Assembly: GCA_963795735.1 (NCBI GenBank)
Contig: CAWCIU010000018.1
Span: 1,602,262-1,666,261, forward strand
Length of the DNA: 64,000 bases
Reading direction: 5' to 3'
DNA from: an uncultured Acidobacteriota bacterium
GTDB taxonomy: Bacteria; Acidobacteriota; Thermoanaerobaculia; Multivoradales; UBA5704
In this document: positions 26,123-36,421 of the stretch, in pieces
How the letters are laid out: every line of letters starts with the position of its first letter
How positions within the stretch are numbered: the first letter of the stretch is position 1
Notes under the pieces: model-generated
Seen by the model: the letters and a program-made list of their open reading frames with translations, nothing else
What the model was told of the DNA's origin: nothing
Databases searched by the model: none
Program-made: the position numbers and the translations under genes

Positions 26123-26254
26123 AGCAGAGGGCCTCTCGACGCCAAGTTGAAGATGTGCCCCTAGTCTATCCGATATGTCGGAGAGAGATGCAAGCCAATT
26201 CGGCAGAACAACCTTGCCAAATCGCCATTCCTACATTTTTGTAAGTGTTCCGCC

Positions 26255-26275
26255 AGGTTCACACAATTTTCTTTT
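26255..26275 (+). promoter_or_regulatory. Possible cre-tag-like direct repeat (TTCAC-N6-TTCtt) in the creB upstream region.
   Basis: ggTTCACacaattTTCTTttatg lies about 110 nt upstream of the creB start in an AT-richer stretch. The match to the TTCACnnnnnnTTCAC consensus is recalled from memory and has one mismatch. Confidence 0.2.
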
Positions 26276-26378
26276 ATGAACGGCACAGTGGCTTCCGGCG
26301 GCGGGACGCGCGGTAGACCGGGCGTGCCATGATGGTGATGACAGGAACGGTGATCGTGGCGGTGACAGCAGGAGAACC

Positions 26379-27071
26379 ATGGACAAACCGACGATCCTGG
26401 TGGTCGAGGACGAGCCGGCGATCGCCGACACCCTCCAGTACGCCCTCGAATCGGAAGGGTTCCAGTGCCTCCGCCTGGAGGTGGGCGCGGGGGTGGCCGA
26501 GGTGCTCGACCGGCAGCCGGTGGCGCTGGTGGTGCTCGACATCGGCCTGCCGGACATGAGCGGCATCGAGGTCTGCCGGAGAATCCGCCAGCGGCACGAC
26601 GTCCCGATCATCTTTCTCACCGCGCGCGGCGGCGAGCTGGACCGCGTCGTGGGCCTGGAGATCGGGGCGGACGATTACGTGAGCAAGCCGTTCAGCCCGC
26701 GGGAGCTGGCGGCCCGGGTCAAGGCGGTGCTGCGGCGGACCCGGCCCGGCAACGCCGCCCCTCCGCCTCCCCCTCCGGCCGCCGCCTTCGCGCTCGACGA
26801 GGAGCGGCTCCAGATCACCTATTTCGGCAAGCCCCTCGAGCTCTCGCGCTACGAGTACCGGCTGCTCGCCGTCCTGCTCAAGCGGCCCGGCCGCGTCTAC
26901 AGCCGCGAGCAGCTCCTGGAGCTCGCCTGGGACGAGCCCGAGGCCAGCCTGGACCGCACGGTCGACGCGCACGTCAAGAACCTGCGGGCGAAGCTCCGCG
27001 ACGTCCGCCCCGAGATCGATCCGATCGCGACCCACCGCGGTGCGGGCTACTCGCTGAAGGAAGGGTTATAA
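26379..27071 (+). CDS. creB: OmpR-family response regulator, CreB-like.
   Basis: MDKPTILVVEDEPAIADTLQYALESEGFQC…LDIGLPDMSGIEVCRRIRQRHDVPIIFLTARGGELDRVVGLEIGADDYVSKPFSPRELAARVKAVLRR closely resembles E. coli CreB, recalled from memory. The symbol is tentative. Confidence 0.8.
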   Translation: MDKPTILVVEDEPAIADTLQYALESEGFQCLRLEVGAGVAEVLDRQPVALVVLDIGLPDMSGIEVCRRIRQRHDVPIIFLTARGGELDRVVGLEIGADDYVSKPFSPRELAARVKAVLRRTRPGNAAPPPPPPAAAFALDEERLQITYFGKPLELSRYEYRLLAVLLKRPGRVYSREQLLELAWDEPEASLDRTVDAHVKNLRAKLRDVRPEIDPIATHRGAGYSLKEGL

Positions 27072-27117
27072 AGGTCATGAAGAGGGGAATCACCGAAGGG
27101 ATCACCGGGGAAAGATC

Positions 27118-28548
27118 ATGAAGCTCGGTCTCCGGATGTTTCTGTTCTATCTGGCGATCTTCGCCGCCTGCCTCTACTTCACCACCGACTGGATCTGGAC
27201 GACGCTGCGCACCCATTACATGGAGAGCGTCGAGGAGCCGCTCGTCGACTCCGCCAACCTCCTCGCCGCCCTGGCCGAGCGGGAGATGGCCCGGCCGGAT
27301 TTCACCTTCGCCGATCTGGAAGCCTCGCTCTCCCGGGCGCACTCCCGCCCGCTGTCCGCCCGGATCTACAATCTCGACAAGTCGGCCGTGGACCTGCAGA
27401 TCTACATCACCGACGCCGCCGGGAAAGTGGTGCTCGACACGCGGCGGCCGAAGGCGGTGGGCGAGGACTACAGCCGGTTCCACGACGTGAAATTCACCCT
27501 GGAAGGGCGGTACGGAGCCCGGGCCACGCGCGGGAATCCGAACGATCCGTTCTCGACCGCGCTCTACATCGGCGCGCCGATCTACGGGAACGGACGGGTG
27601 AACGGCGTGCTGACCGTGGTCGAGCCGACCGCCAGCATCGAGGCCTTCCTCCAACTCGCCCGGCCGGCCTTCGTCCGCGCCGGGCTGCTCACCACCGGCA
27701 TCGCGGCGCTGCTCAGCCTCGCCCTGTCCTATCTGCTGACCCGCCCCATCGATCGCCTGGCGCGCTACGCGGACGGCATCCGCCTGGGCAAGCGCCCGCC
27801 CTTTCCCAAGCTCGGGCGCACCGAGATCGCCGATCTCGGCCTGGCGCTGCGCCGCATGCAGGAGGCGCTGGAAGGAAAGAATTACGCGGAGGAGTACGTG
27901 CAGACGCTCACCCACGAGCTGAAGAGCCCGCTCTCCGCGATCCGCGGAGCGGCGGAGCTGCTGCAGGAGGAGATGCCTGTCCAGCAGCAGGCCCGTTTCA
28001 TCGCCAACATCCGCACCGAGGCCGAGCGGATCGCCCGCATCGTGGACCGCATGCTGGAGCTGGCCCGGCTGGAGAACCGCCGCGAGAAGCCGGATATGGA
28101 GCCGGTGGAGCTGGACGCCATGGTGCGCACCGTGGCCGAGAGTCACGAACCTTTGCTGGCCGGCAAGGATCTCGAGCTGGAGATCGCCGTGCCGGAGCGG
28201 CTGACCCTCAATGGCAACGCCTTCCTCCTCCACCAGGCGCTCGACAACCTGGTGCAGAACGCGATCGATTTCAGCCCCCGGGGCGGCACGGTGAAAGTGG
28301 AAGTGATCCCCACGGACGATCGGATCACGCTCGCGGTCACCGACCAGGGGCCGGGCATCCCCGACTACGCGCTCGACCGGATCTTCGAACGCTTTTACTC
28401 GCTGGGCCGTCCCGACACCGGCAGGAAGAGCACCGGGCTGGGGCTGAACCTGGTGCGGGAGGTGGCGGCGTCGCACGGTGGCGCGATCCGCGTCGTCAAC
28501 CGCCCCGAGGGGGGAACGCTCGCCGAGCTCACTCTGCCGCGGGGGTGA
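27118..28548 (+). CDS. creC: Sensor histidine kinase, CreC-like.
   Basis: DYSRFHDVKFTLEGRYGARATRGNPNDPFSTALYIGAPIYGNGRVNGVLTVVEP, LEGKNYAEEYVQTLTHELKSPLSAIRGAAELL and RIFERFYSLGRPDTGRKSTGLGLNLVREVAASHGGAIRV align motif by motif with E. coli CreC, recalled from memory. Confidence 0.8.
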   Translation: MKLGLRMFLFYLAIFAACLYFTTDWIWTTLRTHYMESVEEPLVDSANLLAALAEREMARPDFTFADLEASLSRAHSRPLSARIYNLDKSAVDLQIYITDAAGKVVLDTRRPKAVGEDYSRFHDVKFTLEGRYGARATRGNPNDPFSTALYIGAPIYGNGRVNGVLTVVEPTASIEAFLQLARPAFVRAGLLTTGIAALLSLALSYLLTRPIDRLARYADGIRLGKRPPFPKLGRTEIADLGLALRRMQEALEGKNYAEEYVQTLTHELKSPLSAIRGAAELLQEEMPVQQQARFIANIRTEAERIARIVDRMLELARLENRREKPDMEPVELDAMVRTVAESHEPLLAGKDLELEIAVPERLTLNGNAFLLHQALDNLVQNAIDFSPRGGTVKVEVIPTDDRITLAVTDQGPGIPDYALDRIFERFYSLGRPDTGRKSTGLGLNLVREVAASHGGAIRVVNRPEGGTLAELTLPRG

Positions 28549-28680
28549 GGCGGGTCGCGCGCGCCTGCGATTTGACCCGCCGGGTTGTCTCCGTCTCTTC
28601 ATTCCCGGTTCATAAGGTCTCCTTATAGGAACGGCAGAGTCACTCCATGGCATGATCCTGGCCATCGAAAGGAATTGAAC

Positions 28681-29295
28681 ATGAAAACCACGTGTCATCA
28701 ACGCCTGCGCCGGGTCCTGGCGGTCACCGCGCTCGCGCTTACGTTTCTCGCCCGGGCCAGCGGAGCCGCCTCTCCCGATCTGCATGCGAGGCTCGCGGAG
28801 CTGAGCCAGGGATTCACGTTCGACGGCAAGCCGGTGCCGCCGCGTCTGATTGAACAGTTTAACGGCTGGCTCTCCGATGGGACCGAGCCGATCATCATCA
28901 CGGTCGACCTCGCCCAAGCCATCGGGAGCAATCAGTTCGATACCGAGCCGGTGACGCACCGAAACGGCGAATTCTCGGTCGCAGGTCCCGGGGAGGGCGC
29001 GTCCTTCTCGTATGAGTGGTTCGGAACCGTGCGCCCCAACGTTCACGTCCTCGTTATTTCAGACTACACCGGCGGAACCGGAATTTTCGAGACGCTCCTG
29101 ATCCTCAAAGCCGAGGTGCGCCGAGCGACGGCATGGGACGGCAAACCCTACGATCAACTGCTGCTGACCATTGTCCGAAATTACGTTCTCGGCGACCGTG
29201 ACACCGGCAAGATCAAGGTGCATCCCGGACGTATCGTCATCGGCAGATCGGAGTACCGGAAGAGACCCGTGACGCTGAAGGTACCCGCTCTGTGA
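28681..29295 (+). CDS. Secreted hypothetical protein (about 205 aa); not CreD-like.
   Basis: MKTTCHQRLRRVLAVTALALTFLARASGAA is a signal peptide. No family was recognised. Confidence 0.5.
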   Translation: MKTTCHQRLRRVLAVTALALTFLARASGAASPDLHARLAELSQGFTFDGKPVPPRLIEQFNGWLSDGTEPIIITVDLAQAIGSNQFDTEPVTHRNGEFSVAGPGEGASFSYEWFGTVRPNVHVLVISDYTGGTGIFETLLILKAEVRRATAWDGKPYDQLLLTIVRNYVLGDRDTGKIKVHPGRIVIGRSEYRKRPVTLKVPAL

Positions 29296-29451
29296 CTCGC
29301 GCGCACCTTGCAGGGCGAGATTCCTCCAGGCATTTTCGGCTCCTTGTCCCGGGGCACCTTCATTAATGTGGACATATTAGTATGATTCAAGAAGCTTCGG
29401 ACAATGCTGCTGGCCGCAACCGGATGAGGCAAAAACCCGTATATTAATGGC

Positions 29452-32400
29452 ATGCCGACCCGACGTCCGTCCGTCCTGGGCCGCGGCCTCTGGGGGCTGG
29501 CGGTCAGCCTCCTCGTCCTGCTGCTCGGCGCGGCGGCGCCGGTCCCGGTCACTCAACCCGAGGAGGTCGTGCCGCTCGGGGAATCCCGCGAGCGGCCGAT
29601 CGCCGCTGGAGAGACGCAGGCCTGGCGGGTCGTGGTGCCCCCGGACACGTCCGTGCTGGTGACGGTCGAGCAGCACAGCATCGATCTCGTGGTAGAGGCT
29701 CGGCGGCCCGGAGGCAAGGAACCGCTGGCGGTCACCGCGAGCCGGGATAGTTGGGCCACCGAGGTCCTGCTGCTCGACAGCGCGGGAGAAACCCGGATCG
29801 AAGTCCGGTCACGAGAGAAGGGCGTGTGGCCCGGCCGTTACACCCTTCACGTCGAAGCCTTGCCGGAGCGAACGGGGGCGAGGCGTGACGCCCTGGCCTT
29901 GATGAGCCGGGCCGGCCGCGAGACCTTGCCGGATACCCCGGATTCCCGGCGACAGGCCGAAGCTACCTATCGCGAGGCCCTGGCGGCGTGGCGCTCGCTC
30001 GGCGACCGCGCCTGGGAGGCGGAGGCTCTCACCTCGCTCGCGATCCTGGAGGATGAAGCGAGCGAGCTCTTAGCCTCGACCGCGGACTTTCTGGCAGTGC
30101 TGCCGATCTGGAGGGAGCTGCAACAAGCTTCAGCGCGAGGCCAACACCTTCGCTTGGCTGGCCTCCATCTACTCCAACACGCAAGGAGCAAAAAAGGCCC
30201 GCGAGGCGTTGGAAACCTCTCGCTCCCAATGGCGCGCCCTCGGGGAGCCCTTCGAGGAGGCGCAGGTCCATAGCAATCTGTGCAATCTAGAGCTCAAGAG
30301 TGGGAATCTGCCGGCAGCCCTCGCCTGCAATCAGGAAACCTTCGAGTTTTTTCATCAAAATAAAGTCGCCACAATGGAGGCTGAGATCCTCAACCGTATG
30401 GGTGGCGTCTATGACCTCCAGGGTGAACCCGACGACGCGTTGAAAACCTATCGGCAAGTCCTCGCCTTGTGGCAAGCCCTCGGCGACCGCAAAAAAGAGG
30501 CGGCCACCCTCAACAATATGGCGGTGGTCTATCGTCTCCTGGGAGATTGGCAGGAGGCCTTGCGCCTCTATGCGCAGGCGCGGGAGATTCTGAAAACCCT
30601 CGACGACCCGAAGACCGAAGCCTCCGTGCTCAACAACGTCGGATTCCTTTACAACGGTACTGGACAGCCGGGGCAGGCTCTGAAGTTCCTGACAGAGGCT
30701 CTCGAGTTGCGCAAGAAGGCGGAAGACCGCGCGGGGGAGATCACGACGCTGAACAATCTCGGCGCCGCTTGGCGCAAGCTGGGGAACCTTGAGAAGGCGC
30801 TCGACCGGCACCAGCAAGCCCTCGCCGTAGCCCAGGACCAAGGCGACGATCCGCAAAAGGCGACGACTCTGGTGCAGATGGCCGAGGTCCACCTGGAAGG
30901 TCGCGATCCTGCCGCGGCACTCCGCGATCTGGATGCGGCCCTCTTGGCACTGGGAAAAAGGGTGAACCGCACCGAAATGGACGCTCGCCATTTGCAAGGG
31001 CGAGCCCTGGCGATGGCAGGCCGGGCTGAGGAGGCCCTGCCGTTACTGCAAGAGAATCTGAGAAGACGGCGAAGCCTGCGCGACCGGATGGCCGAAGCCG
31101 AAGCGCTCCACGATCTGGCCCTGGCGGAGCGGTCTCTCGGTCATCCCGCGAAAGCGATCTCCGATGCGAAAGAGGCCGTCAATCGCCTCGAGGAGCTGCG
31201 GACCGGCTTTGTCAGCGCGGATCTGCGAGCATCCTTCCTGGCCACACGGCGGAGGTCCTTCTCGCTACTGATCGATCTGTTGATGGATCAGGACGCCACC
31301 GAGCCCGGAAAAGACCACGACCGGGAAGCTTTCGCGATCAGCGAACGCGCCCGCGCCCGCGCCCGCAGCCTGCTCGACGTTCTTCGCGCCGGGACCGTCG
31401 GCCACAACGCCGGCGCCGCTCCTCCCGGATTGTTGACGCAACGAAGCTCCCTTCTCCGCCGCGTGAGCGCCAAGGTCAACCAGCGGTTGAAACAGAGTGG
31501 CAAGCAGGCGGAGGCCCTGGATAACGAGGTCGCTGACCTCCGGGCCGAGCTCGACTTGGTTGAAGCGAAGATCCGCCAGCTCGATCCGAGCTTCGCCGTC
31601 TCAAGCGCGCCACAACTCGTCACTCCGCAAGACATCTCCGGCTGGCTCGAGCCCGGAACGGTTCTCCTCGAGTACTCCCTTGGGGAGGAGAGGAGCTTCC
31701 TCTGGGCGATCGAGCCCGGACAGGTTCGTTCTTTCATCCTGCCCAGCCAGGAGAAGATCGAAACCCTGACGAGCCGGGTCTACACGGAGATGAGCACCGT
31801 CGAGGCCGGGAGCGCGCCTCGGCGTTCGGCGGAGGACTTGAGCCGAATTCTGCTCGGCCCGATCTGGAGCGGTGGCAGCCCGGCGGCGCCGATCCACCGG
31901 CTGATCGTGGTGCCCGATGGAGCGCTCGCCATCGTTCCCTTCGCCGCTCTGCCGGTCCCCGATCCGGGCAAGACCTGGCAGGCTCCTGGATCTCTGCTGC
32001 CTCTGGTCGAACGCCTGGAGGTGGTCTCCCTTCCTTCCGCCACCACCCTCGCCGCGCAAAGGCAACGCCCCCGCGTCCAAGCCCCCAAGCTGGCGGCGAT
32101 CTTCGCCGATCCGGTGTTTTCCGCCGGCGACGAGCGCCTGGCTCTTCATGTCTCCACTCATCCCGCGAGGCCCGGGAGGTCGCCCGGTAAGAAACCGGAC
32201 GTGGAAGCGGCGTTGCGAGGCGGGGACACCCGCGGTCTGCCGCTGACGCTCGAATCCCTGCCCGCGACCCGCAAGGAGGCGGAGGCCGTGGCCGCCCTGG
32301 CGCCCGGCCAGGTGACGCTCCATCTCGGCCTGGCCGCCACCCGCGAAGCCGCGCTCGCCGCCGATCTCCGCGACTACCGCATCCTCCATTTCGCGACCCA

Positions 32401-32824
32401 CGCCCTGGCCGACACCCAGAATCCCGAGCTGTCCGGCCTGGTGCTCTCCCAGGTGGATGCCGGGGGCCGGCCTCGCGAGGGCTTCCTGGGGCTTTCGGAC
32501 ATCTACGACCTCGACCTCGACGCCGACCTAGTGGTCCTCTCCGGCTGCCGGACCGCGCTCGGCAAGGAGGTCCGCGGCGAGGGGTTAATGGGCCTGACCC
32601 GCGGCTTCCAATATGCCGGCGTACCCCGGGTGGTGGCGAGCCTCTGGCGGGTGCAGGACCGGGCCACAGCGGAGCTGATGACCCGCTTCTACCGCGCGAT
32701 GTGGCACGAAAAACTCTCGCCGGCAGCGGCCCTGCGCGAGGCCCAGAGATCGCTCCGCCGCGAGCCTCGCTATAGAAATCCCTATTTATGGGCCGGCTTC
32801 ATGCTCCAGGGCGACTGGCGTTGA
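29452..32824 (+). CDS. TPR-repeat plus CHAT (caspase-like peptidase) domain protein; one gene with an apparent frameshift at about 30130.
   Basis: Track ORFs 29452-30273 (signal-peptide-like N-terminus, then the TPR start) and 30209-32824 (many TPRs such as LNNMAVVYRLLGDWQEALRLY, then the CHAT region with the His/Cys dyad context …ILHFATHA… and …VVLSGCRTALG…). The second frame is open upstream back to about 30125 (…NKLQREANTFAWLASIYSNTQGAKKAREALETSRSQW). Confidence 0.7.
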
Positions 32825-32948
32825 GAGTTCTATCACCAACCCTTTTTCCGCAATCCTTGAGGAGGGGTGAGACAACCGGCGCCCTCGCGACAGTCCAATG
32901 GATGAACACTGACTCGGGCCCGAAGAGCCCGCTTGAAAGGAGCCTGAA

Positions 32949-33392
32949 ATGGCCAGTATCGCAGCGGAAAGACTCGCCGTGCCGTCACCCGTGGTCATCA
33001 CCCCTCCCAGCCCGGGTTGGATGAGCAATCCCTGGGTCATCAGAACGTCCCACCACTCCGGAGTGGAATACCAAGACACCCTGCGCCTCCGAGCGAACGG
33101 AACGATCGAGATCCAAAAGAGCAACTCGACCCAGTCCACCCCCTGGGCCACCTCCTGCACGCTCACCTGCGCGGGGCTTTCAGGTGTCACGGTGGACGGC
33201 AGACACTTCCTCATCCAATTTAACTCCGCTTCGGGCCAATTAACCTGCACATTCGGGCCTGCCTCGAGCCAGGGAATTCACTCTCTCGGGGACAGAGGCC
33301 CGAACGACACCTGGGTGGCGCAGGAAGGAGGTCCCAGCACCGTTGAGCCTCCGCCGCCGGGCTCGCAGGATTCCGGCCCCTCTCACGGCTGA
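32949..33392 (+). CDS. Hypothetical protein (147 aa).
   Basis: An AAAGGAG ribosome-binding site lies 7 nt upstream of the ATG. The protein is MASIAAERLAVPSPVVITPPSPGWMSNPWVIRTSHHSGVEYQDTLRLRANGTIEIQK… No family was recognised. Confidence 0.45.
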   Translation: MASIAAERLAVPSPVVITPPSPGWMSNPWVIRTSHHSGVEYQDTLRLRANGTIEIQKSNSTQSTPWATSCTLTCAGLSGVTVDGRHFLIQFNSASGQLTCTFGPASSQGIHSLGDRGPNDTWVAQEGGPSTVEPPPPGSQDSGPSHG

Positions 33393-33521
33393 GCCGACGC
33401 TCCGGAGCCGCCCCGCGCGCCCGGCCCTGTCGGCGAGCCCCGATTCCCGAGATATAATGTTCGCCGTTCTCGGAAAATCTGGGGCATAGCCGGCCGGGCC
33501 GGGCGCCCGGGTGGAGGCGCG

Positions 33522-34166
33522 GTGAGCGTCAGGAGCACCGATGCGGGACCAGAGCCGGAGGAGGAGGCGATCGCCGCCGACCTCGTCCGGAGGATCGCGG
33601 CGGGCGAGGAGACCGCCGAAGGGGAGCTCGTCTCGCGCTACCGGCGGGGTCTCCTCTACCTGCTGAGCCGCCTCGGGGCGCTGCCGGACCTCGCCGACGA
33701 TCTGCAGCAGGAGACCTTCCGCATTGTGATCGAACGGCTGCGTCACGAGGGTCTCGCGGACCCGGCCGGTCTCGCGCCCTTCCTCCGCGGCACCGCCCGC
33801 AACCTGCTGATCGCCGAACGGCGCAAGGCGGCCCGCCGGCGGACCTGGGGAGATACGGGCGAGTTGGAGCAGGCGGTGGCGCCCGCGCCGAGCCCGCTCC
33901 AGTCCGTCCTGGTCGACGAGGAGGCCGAGATGGTGCGGCGGCTGATCGGCGAGCTCCCCACCGACCGCGACCGGCAGCTCCTGATGCGGTTCTACGTCGG
34001 AGAGGAGGACAAGGAGAGCATCTGCGCCGACCTCGGGCTCGACAGCCTCCACTTCAACCGTGTCCTCTTCCGCGCCCGCCAGCGCTTCAAGGAGCTCCTG
34101 GAGCGCTCCCAGCAGCGGCAGACGCCGCCACGGCCGGTTGAAAGACGCGACGGAATCTCAGGGTGA
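33522..34166 (+). CDS. ECF (sigma-70 family) RNA polymerase sigma factor.
   Basis: Region 2 is DLQQETFRIVIERLRHEGLADPAGLAPFLRGTARNLLIAERRK. Region 4 is ELPTDRDRQLLMRFYVGEEDKESICADLGLDSLHFNRVLFRARQRFKELL. The start is GTG. Confidence 0.85.
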   Translation: MSVRSTDAGPEPEEEAIAADLVRRIAAGEETAEGELVSRYRRGLLYLLSRLGALPDLADDLQQETFRIVIERLRHEGLADPAGLAPFLRGTARNLLIAERRKAARRRTWGDTGELEQAVAPAPSPLQSVLVDEEAEMVRRLIGELPTDRDRQLLMRFYVGEEDKESICADLGLDSLHFNRVLFRARQRFKELLERSQQRQTPPRPVERRDGISG

Positions 34167-35030
34167 CCATGGACCACGCCTACATCGAAGAGCACCAGAT
34201 CGTCGACCGCTACGTAGCCGGAACCCTGCCGGCGGCGGAGATGGAGCTGTTCGAGGATCACTATCTCTCCTGCCCGGAGTGCCTCGACCGTCTGGAGCTC
34301 GCCGAGTCCCTCCAGCGGGGCTTCAAACGGATGGCCGGTCAGGAAGCCGCGACGCTCGCCGCCGCCCGGCAGCTCGCCGTCGTGGCCTGGCTCGCCCGCC
34401 TCGGCCGCTCGCGCCAGATGGCGGTCCTCCTCGCGGCCGTGCTCGTTCTGGCGATCCTGCCCTCGGGCCTGGTCCTGAGCGGGACGGCCGGGAGCTCCGG
34501 GCGCGATCAAAAGCTGGCGCAGACCCGCTCGGCCCTGGAACAAGAGCGGCAGCGCTCCGCCGCGGTGGCCCGGAGCGCGGCGGAAGCGGAAAAGCGGCTG
34601 CAGGTGAGTCAGCGCGATCTCGCCGCCGAGCGCGAGGCCAGAACGCGAACGCAAGAGCAGCTCGCCAAGGCCTTTCAGCCCGAGGCCAACGTCCCCACCC
34701 TCAACCTCGACGTGGAGCGTGGCGCCGGAGCCTCCGGGAGACAAGCCGACGAATCACCTGCGTCTGCCGGCATCCGCGAGATGGATCGTCCTCAACTCAC
34801 CGGTCGATCCTCCCTTCCACGCCTCGTACCGCGCCATCCTGCGGGACGCCCACCGCCGCGAGATTCAGCGCATCGAGGGTTTGCAGCCGAACGAGCGCGA
34901 GACGCTGAGCCTCAGCCTCCCCGCCAGCCTCCTGCCGCCCGGCGACTACTCCCTCGAGATCGAAGGCCTCACGTCTGGCGGCAAGCCCACCGCCGCCGGA
35001 CGGTTCACCTTCCACGTCACGCCCGGCTGA
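34163..35030 (+). CDS. zf-HC2 anti-sigma factor (single TM), with an apparent frameshift at about 34730.
   Basis: It overlaps the sigma gene stop. The N-terminus MTMDHAYIEEHQIVDRYVAGTLPAAEMELFEDHYLSCPECLDRLELAESLQRGF carries the H…C..C zinc motif. The TM segment is MAVLLAAVLVLAILPSGLVL. The protein-like C-terminus lies in another frame (ORF 34719-35030: …SLSLPASLLPPGDYSLEIEGLTSGGKPTAAGRFTFHVTPG). Confidence 0.65.
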
Positions 35031-35133
35031 TCCAGAAACCTTTTCGAATCGTCTCACTTCAGGTGAGATAGAACGCCGACTGGCGGCAGTCTCCGATCGA
35101 GCCGATGGCTCACCGACTCGAAAGGAGAACGAG

Positions 35134-35760
35134 ATGAAAAAGATTGCTGTTTTCGCCCTGCTTCTTGCCGCGCCCCTCCTCACCGCCGGTTCCGTTCTGG
35201 CGCAGGGAAGAGCCTTCAATCCGACCGCGGTCGAGTCGGCGGAGGTGGACGTCAAGCCGCCCGCCTGCGCCTGCCCGGCGCCGATCAACCTGACTTTCAA
35301 CGCGAACGCGGCGAGCGTGTTCCCTGGCGACTTCCTTCCCGGCCAGCTCAGCGCCTCCCAGACGGCGCTCAACTATTCGGGAACGGACCGGCACTACGTG
35401 CACACCTTCCAATGGAAACGGGAGCATCGCAATTGCCAGATCACCGATGCCTGGCTGACCGTCCAGATGCAGGCCAACCAGGGCGGCACGACGCCGACCA
35501 GCTCCGATGCCGGCAACGACAACATCACCGTGATGGCTTTGGGGGGAGTGGTGCTGCCCTATAACGAGAGGGTCTATACGAGCCCCTCCGTGACGTTCCC
35601 CTTTTCCGCGGGACAGACGGCTACCAAGACCTGGCATCTGAACAGCGCTTTCGTTCTGGCATTGATCAACGCCAACAACCGCCTGAGCTTCGACGTGGAG
35701 GACGACACCATGGTGAAGTCGGCCACGCTGCGGCTGACGGGCTGCTGCCTGACCAACTGA
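35134..35760 (+). CDS. Secreted hypothetical protein (208 aa), possibly in the ECF sigma regulon.
   Basis: MKKIAVFALLLAAPLLTAGSVLAQG is a signal peptide. A GAAAGGAGAA ribosome-binding site is present. It has Cys pairs (CAC near the N-terminus, GCC at the C-terminus). Confidence 0.55.
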   Translation: MKKIAVFALLLAAPLLTAGSVLAQGRAFNPTAVESAEVDVKPPACACPAPINLTFNANAASVFPGDFLPGQLSASQTALNYSGTDRHYVHTFQWKREHRNCQITDAWLTVQMQANQGGTTPTSSDAGNDNITVMALGGVVLPYNERVYTSPSVTFPFSAGQTATKTWHLNSAFVLALINANNRLSFDVEDDTMVKSATLRLTGCCLTN

Positions 35761-35890
35761 CGGGGGAGCTCGGCTCTGGCGGATGGGCCGTTCCGCCAGA
35801 GCCGCTCGCCAGGTTCCGATCATCGAGGCTCGGCGCGAACTGAGGCGTGTAAAATCCAGCCTCTGAACGGACGGGGTTCCAGGAGGTGAG

Positions 35891-36421
35891 ATGCCGTCAG
35901 CCTTTTCCCATGCCGCCGCCGGATTGGGGATCGCCGCCTGCTTCTGCGGGCCGGAGACGCCGAGGAGCGTATGGGCGCTCGGCGCCCTCTGCGCCGCGCT
36001 GCCGGACGCCGACGTGCTCGGCTTCCGGTTCGGGATCCCCTACGGCTCCCTCTGGGGGCACCGGGGGTTCACCCACTCGATCGTGTTCGCGGCGCTCCTC
36101 GCCGGGGTGATCGTGGCCCTCGGATTCCGCCAGGGGACGCCCGGGTTGCCGCCGGGCCGGATGTGGGTCTTCCTGTTTCTCGCCACCGTCTCCCACGGCC
36201 TGCTGGACATGCTGACCGATGGCGGCCTGGGGGTGGCCCTCTTCGCCCCCTTCGACAATCAGCGCCTCTTCTTTCCCTTCCAGCCGATCGAGGTCGCCTC
36301 GTTCGGAGTGGGCTGGCTGTTCACCCGGCGCGGCGCGGTCGTCCTCGCCAGCGAGCTGCGCTGGGTCTGGCTCCCCTCGGCGCTGCTCGGGGCACTCGCC
36401 TGGGTGGTACGGCGGGCTTAA
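35891..36421 (+). CDS. Membrane-bound metal-dependent hydrolase, YdjM/DUF457 family.
   Basis: MPSAFSHAAAGLGIA…GHRGFTHSIVFAALL…SHGLLDMLTDGGLGVALFAPF are characteristic His motifs and TM segments. Confidence 0.65.
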   Translation: MPSAFSHAAAGLGIAACFCGPETPRSVWALGALCAALPDADVLGFRFGIPYGSLWGHRGFTHSIVFAALLAGVIVALGFRQGTPGLPPGRMWVFLFLATVSHGLLDMLTDGGLGVALFAPFDNQRLFFPFQPIEVASFGVGWLFTRRGAVVLASELRWVWLPSALLGALAWVVRRA

